Shown: in pieces, positions 26,878 to 35,029 of the stretch | Numbering within the stretch: position 1 is the first letter of the stretch | Layout of the letters: every line of letters starts with the position of its first letter | Origin: a virus | Virus record (IMG/VR): IMGVR_UViG_3300035698_010625 | Span: 32,001 to 96,000 of that record | Direction: 5' to 3' (one strand) | DNA: 64,000 nucleotides | Position numbers and translations under genes: made by a program | The notes under the pieces: generated by a model | Databases searched by the model: none | The model's input: only the letters and a program-made list of their open reading frames with translations | What the model was told of the DNA's origin: nothing

Positions 26878-27702
26878 ATGATTACGCGAAACAAATTGGC
26901 TGTTGCTATTCTTGCTGCAGTTTCCATTACTACCGCAGCACACGCATCTGAAGTTACTACAATCACCGCTGGCTCCAAGGGCGGTGCATACGCTACTTAT
27001 GGCAACAATCTTGCAACTATGCTCACCCAGAATGATTGGAAGAGTAAGGTTATTCGCAGTAAGGGTTCAATTCAGAATATTGCCCGTCTTGTAGATGGCT
27101 CAGCACAAATTGGTTTCACCCAGGGCGATGCTTTGCAGCTCTCAAAGGCTGGTGGTAAGATTGATATTCTTGGAGCACTTGGAATGGAATGTGCTTTCAT
27201 TGTTTACAGTAAGAAGGGTAAGGTCACTGACGAAGATCATCTTCAGAATGAGGGTGTGAAAATTGCTGTTGGTAAGAAAGGTACTGGTTCACAAGCAACG
27301 TGGTCTTACATGGTTCAGCTAGAACCTGCATACGGTAATGCATCTGCACAGTATACTGGCGGAGCTCGCGCACTTGGCGCACTCAAAGCAGGCACTGTTG
27401 ACGCTGTTCTCTTTGTCACCGATCCCACTAATCTGAGTCATAAGCTTATTCAAGCAGTAAATGGTGATCCAGACCTCGATTTTCTAGACGTTGATGACAG
27501 TGACTTGAATGATGATCTACCTAATGGCACGCCTGTCTATGAATTCAAAGAAGTTGACACTGAAACGGGTGCTTTCGCGGATGACGTAGATACTATCTGT
27601 ACGCCTTTGCTAGTAATTGCTAGTGCAGATGCTGACGAAGACATGCTTGATGATGCTGCAGGAATTATGCTAAGCAATCGCAATGCGGTGCTTGGTAAGT
27701 AA
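26878..27702 (+). CDS. TAXI-family TRAP transporter solute-binding protein-like, secreted
   Basis: signal peptide (AHA-S), TAGSKGGAY, SKGSIQNI, IGFTQGD, VGKKGTGS. Confidence 0.8.
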   Translation: MITRNKLAVAILAAVSITTAAHASEVTTITAGSKGGAYATYGNNLATMLTQNDWKSKVIRSKGSIQNIARLVDGSAQIGFTQGDALQLSKAGGKIDILGALGMECAFIVYSKKGKVTDEDHLQNEGVKIAVGKKGTGSQATWSYMVQLEPAYGNASAQYTGGARALGALKAGTVDAVLFVTDPTNLSHKLIQAVNGDPDLDFLDVDDSDLNDDLPNGTPVYEFKEVDTETGAFADDVDTICTPLLVIASADADEDMLDDAAGIMLSNRNAVLGK

Positions 27703-27725
27703 CAATGCAAAAGATAGTCGTTCCC

Positions 27726-27925
27726 AAGTTAGTACTTAATCGCTCTACGGAGAGGAAAGTCGGGACAAGCGGCATGATCGTGTGGGAGGAGTTAACTCCG
27801 CTTTACCACCGTGACATAGCTTGCAACACAAACAGGATTAGACAAATTGTGCATCAATGATATCCGGGTTGTGGCCAATAGACGAATGATAGCATAGAAC
27901 AGGATCCCGCTTACGGATTACTTAC
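27726..27925 (+). ncRNA. rnpB: minimal RNase P RNA (catalytic domain, S-domain largely absent)
   Basis: CR-I GAGGAAAGTCGGG (27752), CR-V ACAGGATCCCGCTTA (27899), P4 AAG[T]CGGG/CCCGCTT, TAGACGAATGA (27879), P5 CAAGC/GCTTG, P15 CACAA/TTGTG with GGT. Confidence 0.85.
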
Positions 27926-28212
27926 TACTTACAAGGAGCAAATGATGAGCAAGGTATACCCTCACTCAAGCACTAAGCAACGCGAACGATACGTGAAACA
28001 AAACGCTATTAAAGGCGAACGCTCTATCGGGCAAACTGATGCTTCAGTAGGCTGGTATGGACTTACAGTAAATTGGAAAGCTATTGTGCGTGGTGCACCG
28101 TGTTACATTACAACTAACTAAAAGGAGCAAGATATGCGCTTGATGAATTTAGAGCACCTCCTTAAATTGTGATTTTTGGTAAAACACTAATTCACACTTA
28201 AGGAAACATCTA

Positions 28213-28590
28213 ATGAAAATCACTTATCTCAAAATTAAAGTAAAGTCACTAGCAGCAGAGTCACGCATGATCCGCCAAGAGGAGTTGAAACTCAAACGTC
28301 GATACCAGGCGATTAAACTGTTGGACAATCAGTATGACACTGCAGCAGAAGAGGGAGACATAAGGTCTACTCGTTTAGGTCTTTATGAACACCGTACAGA
28401 TGATGTACGTCGAGAGTCGCGTGTAGCTAATATTGCTTACGGTCTACTTCGAGGAAGAGAGTATAGCAAAATTGAGCGAGGAGTTCGGGAGTTTAATCAA
28501 CCGAAATGGACACGCGTTACAAAGTTGATTGAGAAGTATTCAAACAGTGAGGAGCAGAAGGTTAAAGCTTTTCAACTGATTGAGCAGTAA
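28213..28590 (+). CDS. conserved phage hypothetical protein
   Basis: LKIKVKSLAAESRMIR...HR...R..NIAYGLLRG..Y..IE. Confidence 0.7.
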   Translation: MKITYLKIKVKSLAAESRMIRQEELKLKRRYQAIKLLDNQYDTAAEEGDIRSTRLGLYEHRTDDVRRESRVANIAYGLLRGREYSKIERGVREFNQPKWTRVTKLIEKYSNSEEQKVKAFQLIEQ

Positions 28591-28598
28591 ATATCATG

Positions 28599-28624
28599 AC
28601 GGAGCGCTTCGGCGCTCTCGTTTT
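28599..28624 (+). terminator. intrinsic terminator
   Basis: GAGCGC-TTCG-GCGCTC followed by T-run. Confidence 0.75.
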
Positions 28625-28693
28625 GGCTGACACGGTGACTACCTGGCTTTCAATCCAAAGGAGTTTAGGGTTCGATTCCCTTATCAGCCACCA
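28625..28693 (+). pseudogene. tRNA-like gene with reduced D arm and 8-nt anticodon loop
   Basis: GGCTGA/TCAGCC acceptor plus ACCA, AGGG-TTCGATT-CCCT T arm. Confidence 0.55.
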
Positions 28694-28838
28694 AATTTTA
28701 GGAGAGGCATTATGAGTATATTTGCTTGGATTGTTTTTCCATTTTTATTCCCCGTGGTTGTCGCAATGTTTTGGGTGCTGACACATGTGGATCCATACAC
28801 TGGTAAGGTTCATTGGAATCTTACGTGGTAAACGATAT

Positions 28839-29128
28839 CATGTAGTAGTTTAAATGTTGGCATTATGAGGAAAGGTGAAGATTATTTGAAAGTAAAATTA
28901 AGTTAGTAGCAATTCTGTAGTGGTGATGTAACGAGACGTGTAGGTAAAAACGTGAGCCAAATGAAAGATTGGACAGGCATCATCATCGAGGGCGTTGCGA
29001 ATTCTTCTTTTGAACCCTTTAATTAGTAACCTTTACTTACGTGTCACACGGAAAAACGCTAGGAACCCCCCCGCTTACGCGTCTCTTAATCCTGGATATC
29101 CACGGTTCAATACCGGGCTACATGGCCA
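28839..29128 (+). ncRNA. ~290-nt RNA closed by a tRNA-like acceptor/T-arm/CCA
   Basis: CATGTAG/CTACATG-G-CCA, T arm CGG-TTCAATA-CCG, internal 12-bp helix GAGACGTGTAGG/CTTACGCGTCTC. Confidence 0.65.
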
Positions 29129-29152
29129 ATTTCTTGAAACGGAGTTTATAAT

Positions 29153-29398
29153 ATGAATGATTATTTTAATGCGTTTATTATGATTTTGGTTATAGCGATA
29201 GTAACAAATGTTGGTTGGATTATTAATTATGATGATCTTAAAACACTTCATGAAAAGGCGTTAAGTATTCATAAGATTGAAGTCATGCAACATAGACAAG
29301 CTATTTGTCGTAGTGCAACAGCTGAACACGCAACTAATACTGCTACACTCTTCGAAGCAATCAATAAGCTCAATTCTGCTGCTAAGGCTGCAGAATAA
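29153..29398 (+). CDS. small membrane-anchored hypothetical protein
   Basis: GGAG RBS, N-terminal TM segment. Confidence 0.55.
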   Translation: MNDYFNAFIMILVIAIVTNVGWIINYDDLKTLHEKALSIHKIEVMQHRQAICRSATAEHATNTATLFEAINKLNSAAKAAE

Positions 29399-29421
29399 TT
29401 TACTTTAATGGCATAAGATAT

Positions 29422-29453
29422 ACCTTGCCAAGAAGGTCGAAACCATATATAAT
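29422..29453 (+). promoter_or_regulatory. sigma70-like promoter with ACCTT-N6-AAGGT palindrome
   Basis: TTGCCA-17-TATAAT. Confidence 0.8.
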
Positions 29454-29459
29454 GGTACT

Positions 29460-30348
29460 ATAATCTGAACACAAACTAATAGATTGGGTCGCGTGGGATC
29501 CATAAGATAAGTAGCAGTAATGTTACGAAAGGCTATCTCATTTACGGATAGCGCCACTTTTATGAAGGTGGACATCTACGCAAGCCAAGCTCTTTACGGG
29601 TACCTCCGGGTGCTCTGGAAGATAAGTTGTGACCGACAAACACATCCAGGCCAACGGTGAGGATGATAGATTCCGCAAGAATCTCGGGTCAAGCAAAAGC
29701 AACGAACTTCAATGAGCAAAGGGTAGATTGAAAAGTTAAGCTTGCAGGTAAGGCTTTCAATCAATACGATAGGTGAAAGAAGATACAGCCTTCTGGAATC
29801 TAGAAATATTGCTAAGTAGCTCGCAAGGCGAAAGGTACGAGGTGGGTGGTATTTGGTAACTCAAAGGTTATTGAGCCACAGGCATTCGCTCATCTTAAAA
29901 TGTAAATATGTAAACGGAATAGGGGAATAGGTACACCCGCCCGGCCGCCAAAGCCAGGATCTGTTGGTTCGAATCCAACTTTCGTTATCAACTTTGTATT
30001 GATAACAAATCTTAAATGCAAAGACGAATGCCACCGTGAAGTGGAAATTGCTTAATCCTCAAACCCATAGGGTAATTGAGGTTCAGGATGCTCGCAAGGC
30101 GGATTGAATTAGTTGGAGTCACAGGTAAATTCTTAGCGGAGTTACACAGCCCAGCAAGGCTGACCGGTCGATGAATGCTGAAAAGCTCGCGGATAGAGGA
30201 ATCGCTACCTCTTTAAACAAAGCAGCAATGGTTGATTACTATGCCGCTCTTCGGAGGGTAAAGTGGAAAAGAGAAGAACCTAGCGGATCGCACCGTGTGG
30301 ATAATTTCTCGAAGGATCAACTGCATATGAGTATATTCTCAACTCATC
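29460..30348 (+). ncRNA. GOLLD-like giant structured RNA with embedded tRNA-like element
   Basis: ~890 nt with no credible ORF, many GCAA/GAAA/TTCG-capped hairpins, located in a tRNA array, terminal hairpin ATGAGT-ATATTCTCA-ACTCAT, tRNA-like insert at 29913-29990. Confidence 0.7.
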
Positions 30349-30452
30349 TGTTTACTTATGGCAGGTTGTACGTTCTCTGCCTTAAACGTACTGGCTTTCT
30401 GGGGAGGCTCAGATAACCGGGTAGTTCACCTAACTACCTGCCATAAGTAAAT
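30349..30452 (+). ncRNA. multi-branched small RNA or terminator with 15-bp closing stem
   Basis: TTTACTTATGGCAGG/CCTGCCATAAGTAAA enclosing three hairpins. Confidence 0.5.
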
Positions 30453-30557
30453 AGGAAGATAATATGAACATTGATAAAGTTGAACTTCAGAAGATCTTTC
30501 TTGAAGTTTTTACTAAACACCCAGAAGCTGCAAAGATTTTTCTAAAGGGTAATAACT

Positions 30558-30857
30558 ATGAGCACGACCCCTACAAGAAGTTTGAGAGTTGAAAGATCAT
30601 ATACAAATAAGTTTAACCAAGTAATTGAAGTTGGTGATGAAGTAGTATTTGTTGCAACTTCTTGGGGTGGTACTGATATTCGCCAAGGTGTTTATCTTGG
30701 ATATTACCCACGCACTGGTTGGGATGGTCGCCCTGCACTTCATGCTGCTAGTGTATCATACATTGGTAAGGAGTGGGATGGAAGAAAATGGATTGACGAT
30801 GCAGTACTTCATTCTGTTCTTGAACTCGGTCGTGTTTTCAAAATTGAGAAAGTATAA
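30558..30857 (+). CDS. hypothetical protein (paralog of next gene)
   Basis: N..NQ.IEVGD.V...R.G.Y.GY...FKI shared with 30857. Confidence 0.65.
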   Translation: MSTTPTRSLRVERSYTNKFNQVIEVGDEVVFVATSWGGTDIRQGVYLGYYPRTGWDGRPALHAASVSYIGKEWDGRKWIDDAVLHSVLELGRVFKIEKV

Positions 30858-31174
30858 TGGCATTCCTCGAAGAGTCATTTGTCAATGAAATCGGGCAACG
30901 TATTGAAGTTGGGGATCGTGTAATAGCGGTCGCACATGGATACAATCTCAACTGCCGTCCTGGTATCTATGAAGGTTATCACAGTCATGGCGAACAATAT
31001 TATACTATCTCACAACTTGTAGAAACTGCAGATGGTGGGTTTAAGAAAGATGAACGTGGTAATTATGTGAGATATACGAAAAAACATTATTACATTCGAA
31101 TGTTACATCGCGTATTGTACGATGAAGGTTGGCGTGGAATACTTCAGAATGGTAACATTTTCAAAATTGCATAA
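30857..31174 (+). CDS. hypothetical protein (paralog of previous gene)
   Basis: NEIGQRIEVGDRV...RPGIYEGY...FKI. Confidence 0.65.
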   Translation: MAFLEESFVNEIGQRIEVGDRVIAVAHGYNLNCRPGIYEGYHSHGEQYYTISQLVETADGGFKKDERGNYVRYTKKHYYIRMLHRVLYDEGWRGILQNGNIFKIA

Positions 31175-31178
31175 CAAT

Positions 31179-31268
31179 GGCATTGTGGTGGAACTAAGGT
31201 ATACACAGCGTCTTCAAAAGCCGCCGGTCTTTGAGACTATGAGGGTTCGACTCCCTCCGATGCTACCA
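31179..31268 (+). tRNA. tRNA-Leu(CAA)
   Basis: TT-CAA-AA loop, long variable arm, ACCA. Confidence 0.9.
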
Positions 31269-31381
31269 AGTTTAGGTTAACGAGTAACAGGCTTATAAGA
31301 AGTCGCGGTTCTTAGGTTCCTCTCCATACTGTTAATTTGGAGGAAAAGTTACTCACTCACACTATACAAAGGATCTTTATT

Positions 31382-31831
31382 ATGGGTATTATTAAACGTG
31401 ATAGTATGCTTGGCCGTTGGATCTTTTCACCCAATACTTTTATCTATCAAGATGCTAAACTCTCTAGTGTTGAAACTATTAATTCTTGTCAAATTGTGCA
31501 AATGATTCTTTGGCGGTGCTTTGTAACTGTCGCAGTACTTTTTCTTGGATTTGTACTTGGTACACTAACCATCGGCTTGGTTACTGGGTTAGGCACTATG
31601 GTTGGTTTTTTCGACTTTGCTGCAATTTTCTTGTATGATTCATATTTTGGTGGTGCAGTAATGCTAGCTGGATTGATGTCAGTAATGGGATTAGTTATCG
31701 CTGGTTCATATTATTTTGAAGAATGGAAGATAGCCCGTCAGCACAAGCCCCGTGATGTTGACTCTGTTGTTGAAATCATGTATGATGGTTTCAAAAATAA
31801 GTTCTGCCCAATTTTTAAGGTAGTCGATTAA
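31382..31831 (+). CDS. membrane protein
   Basis: 2-3 TM segments, C-terminal KNKFCP. Confidence 0.6.
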   Translation: MGIIKRDSMLGRWIFSPNTFIYQDAKLSSVETINSCQIVQMILWRCFVTVAVLFLGFVLGTLTIGLVTGLGTMVGFFDFAAIFLYDSYFGGAVMLAGLMSVMGLVIAGSYYFEEWKIARQHKPRDVDSVVEIMYDGFKNKFCPIFKVVD

Positions 31832-32055
31832 ATGAAGTATTATGTAGATTCTATGAGACATTTGGTATGTGTGCCTTACAGTATATCTAATCTACATAAA
31901 TGGCAGAAGTGTTAGAAATTAATCGTTGTTGGTTTCACAAAAATCATTACGACGTACCTAAAAGAAGAATCAAAGAAATCCAAGCAAAAGCTACATTAGT
32001 ATCTCCTCGAATTATTTTGAAGATTACTAAAGGTGAAGGATATGAACACCCTTGA
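31832..32055 (+). CDS. DUF4031-like protein, frameshifted in the A-run at 31898-31900
   Basis: HLVCVPYSISNLH then, in another frame, MAEVLEINRCWFHKNHYDVP. Confidence 0.55.
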
Positions 32056-32503
32056 CTCTTTTTCTAACTGCATGCCTATTACGAACTTTGGAGACGAAGA
32101 CACTCGTTTTCTCAGTAACTTTTGGATGCCAGTAATAGGGCTTGAAGGTCCTTCGGTAGAACACGTGTACGCCGCTGCTAAAGCGGTTTCAGAACTTGAC
32201 CGTGAAGCAATTCTCGCTTGCCAAACTCCTGGTCAAGCTAAGCGCCTTGGGTCCAAGGTTCAAAAAATCAAGTGCTGGGATGACATTAAACTAAACGTTA
32301 TGTTCTCTGCACTTCTGATAAAATTCAACTTTAAGAAAAATCCGGAACTTGCTAGACAGTTGCTTCTAACTAAGGATCGTGACATAATAGAAGGAAACAC
32401 CTGGGGAGACACTTTCTGGGGGACTTGCAACGGTAAAGGTGAGAACCATTTAGGAAAACAGTTAATGGAAATAAGATCCCTATTAACTCGTTGTGATATA
32501 TAG
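32033..32503 (+). CDS. NADAR (YbiA-like) family protein
   Basis: FLSNFW, SVEHVYAAAK, AKRLG, KF, EGNTWGDTFWG, GENHLGKQLM. Confidence 0.92.
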   Translation: MKDMNTLDSFSNCMPITNFGDEDTRFLSNFWMPVIGLEGPSVEHVYAAAKAVSELDREAILACQTPGQAKRLGSKVQKIKCWDDIKLNVMFSALLIKFNFKKNPELARQLLLTKDRDIIEGNTWGDTFWGTCNGKGENHLGKQLMEIRSLLTRCDI

Positions 32504-32518
32504 TCTAAAGGAAAACAA

Positions 32519-32866
32519 ATGAAAGTTGGAAGAAAATGCTTTGAGAAATACTATGATGAAGTAAATCATTGTTATATCACAACAGCTAGTCCAAAAGAAA
32601 TGGACGCTATCTTCACAGCAAAATTAAACAATGCTGGCGAAAGTGGAATGATTAAAGATCATTTCCCTGATTCAGTATTCAAACGTCTAAAGAAGAAAGG
32701 TTTAATTTATACTTACCGTGGTTACAGATTTCATAGAACTCAACGTACAATGGTGAGGTTAAAGACCTTTACTCATTTAGAAGTAGTAGAAGAAAGAGTC
32801 CCGTATCGTAAACGCAATGAAGATATTGCCCTAATGAAAGAGAAGTCAAAATGTCGTCGAAATTAG
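32519..32866 (+). CDS. hypothetical protein
   Basis: ORF with AAGGA RBS. Confidence 0.55.
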   Translation: MKVGRKCFEKYYDEVNHCYITTASPKEMDAIFTAKLNNAGESGMIKDHFPDSVFKRLKKKGLIYTYRGYRFHRTQRTMVRLKTFTHLEVVEERVPYRKRNEDIALMKEKSKCRRN

Positions 32867-33130
32867 TAATCGTATTCGCAACACCACAAGGTGCTGAAAC
32901 TCCAAGTATTGAAGTATTTTTTCCAACAGCTGATGAAGCTCTAGCAGTATCTCAGAGTGTACGCGTTGGTGGAACACAAAGTGCTTGGGCAACATATATT
33001 CAAGAAGTTCAATCAGATGTAGTTGGTTCATTTCCTAATGGTGATGCATGATTAAAGAGTTGACTTAATCATCACAAAGACTGGAGGTATAGTATGTCAT
33101 TAGGTAATTAAATAACCTAGGAGGCATCGC

Positions 33131-33676
33131 ATGCACAACACAGAACCTTTTAAACCGATTGTTCGGTTGAAAAATAAGCACAATCAAGTAGTGTTTGAGT
33201 ATAAAGATAAACACGAAGCAGCACTCTATATTGGTAGGGATATTAATCGCCATAAATGGATTAATGCTGTTGGAACTGAATTCCCAGTAATTTCCTGGGA
33301 AGATGAATTCAGAGAACTGTACAGTTCTCTATCTAAGAGACCTTATTACTATTACCGTCACAATGAAATTGAATATGTTTTACATGATGAGCACAACAAT
33401 GTCATTGACCCAGAAAAAATCTGGAATCTTGGTGTACGTGCTATAGCACGTACACAGCCCCGTAAGCGTGGTTGCGCTTACGGGTACAAAGCTCCAGTAA
33501 CAACGCAAGAGAAGAGACAATGGTACGCTGCATTTGACCAAGACTCAGACGTCCCTATCAAAATGCGAGTTAAGCGTTCCCCGATGAACATAGCGGATCT
33601 ATGGGACGACCGCGGTTACGAGACAGGTGGATCATGGAAGAATTGGCGGAAGACGCAGTACCGTGTAAAGACATGA
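33131..33676 (+). CDS. hypothetical protein
   Basis: GGAGG RBS; C-terminal SWKNWRKTQY motif typical of phage proteins. Confidence 0.65.
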   Translation: MHNTEPFKPIVRLKNKHNQVVFEYKDKHEAALYIGRDINRHKWINAVGTEFPVISWEDEFRELYSSLSKRPYYYYRHNEIEYVLHDEHNNVIDPEKIWNLGVRAIARTQPRKRGCAYGYKAPVTTQEKRQWYAAFDQDSDVPIKMRVKRSPMNIADLWDDRGYETGGSWKNWRKTQYRVKT

Positions 33677-33978
33677 GTCGGGCACTACGCCGACACCACG
33701 CCCGGCGTATGTATGCTCGTACTGAATCTATTATGAATATGTGGGATTGGTTTCCTATGGATGGAAAAGATCCAATTACTAAAGAACAGCGTCACATGAG
33801 AATTAGTCAACTTCGAGATAATTTCTCGGCGTGTTCATGTGATAGCTGTTGTAATGTTCGGAGAAATCCTTGGCATGGAGATAAAGCGAAAATGACTATG
33901 CAAGAATTGAAAACCACAACTGTCGATGAAGAAATGTTAATGCATTTTGCAGAAGAAAGAACCAATAACTCCAGATGA
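33673..33978 (+). CDS. hypothetical protein with CxCxxC motif
   Basis: MSRALRRHH...CSCDSCCNVRR. Confidence 0.6.
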   Translation: MSRALRRHHARRMYARTESIMNMWDWFPMDGKDPITKEQRHMRISQLRDNFSACSCDSCCNVRRNPWHGDKAKMTMQELKTTTVDEEMLMHFAEERTNNSR

Positions 33979-34026
33979 ACAAAAAGAATTGGAAGCTATT
34001 CGAGAAAGGAAATATAATGAAAGAAA

Positions 34027-34973
34027 TTGATAATTGACTTTTGGATGCTTGCTGGTTTTTTACTAGCTGCATATTCTGTTATTGCTAATGACAGTGCTCA
34101 GACACTCGGTACTTGGATCGCATCTAACTCAAATGTTAAATGGCAGTATCTTTGGTTAGCTGCTTCGAGTGTTTTGGTATTCACATTAGGTTATGGCTGG
34201 TTGTTAAACGGGGAGACATCAGCTTTGGAAGGCTAGCGCTTATACCATTTATAGAAGTCCAGTGGTATCACGTTTTAGCACCATTAATTTTAGCAGTACT
34301 TACTCGTTACGGTATACCTGTCTCCACCTCTTTTATAGTACTTAGTGCTTTCGCGTCAACTTTCATATTAGAACAAATGTTGATTAAGTCCATTATAGGA
34401 TATGGCATTGCAGCGATAGGTGGTTACTCACTATGGATTATATTAGCTAGGCATTTGAATGAAAAGATTCCCGTAAAGCCCGGCCGAGAAACTATGTGGA
34501 AAGTGCTTCAATGGCTAAGCACTGGATTTCTTTGGTTCACATGGTTAAGTCATGATATTGCAAACATTGCAGTGTTCTTACCCAGAGTACTACCACTAGA
34601 AGGTCTTTTGCTAGTGATGTTAGTATTTGTCATTGGATTAGCGTATCTCTTTTGGACGCGTGGTGGGAAAATCCAAGACATCATAATGGAGAAAAATCAA
34701 AGTATTAGGTATACACGATCAGCTACTATAATTGATATTGTGTACGCAGTAATCTTATTAGTCTTCAAATCGTATAGTAACATACCAATGTCTACTACTT
34801 GGGTGTTTCTAGGGCTACTAGCAGGTCGAGAACTAGCTATAGCAACTGTCATGAAGAATGATAAGATTAAAAATGTCTGGCCTCTAGTAGGTAAAGATTT
34901 CCTAAGGATGTCAGTAGGTTTGATCGTTTCAGTAGTAGCGATCCTTTTGATACATCACTTTACTATAGGATAA
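34027..34973 (+). CDS. multi-pass membrane protein, PiT phosphate transporter-like, frameshifted at G-run 34210-34213
   Basis: ANDSAQTLGT, GIPVSTS, HDIANIA, PMSTT signatures; one extra G joins the two ORFs. Confidence 0.7.
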
Positions 34974-35029
34974 TATAATGAAACTTACACCATGCGAATC
35001 AGTTACTACCATCCCAAATAGTCCACACT

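Noticed and set aside
28839-29128. tmRNA or group I intron-containing tRNA
   Set aside because: No G3:U70 Ala acceptor, no convincing tag ending in Ala-Ala, no group I P7 consensus seen; kept as unknown ncRNA
30171-30416. 81-aa ORF
   Set aside because: Lies within the structured GOLLD-like RNA; no convincing RBS
31275-31336. preQ1-like riboswitch after tRNA-Leu(CAA)
   Set aside because: Only a partial resemblance (GCGGTTCTTAG); no A-rich tail or relevant downstream gene
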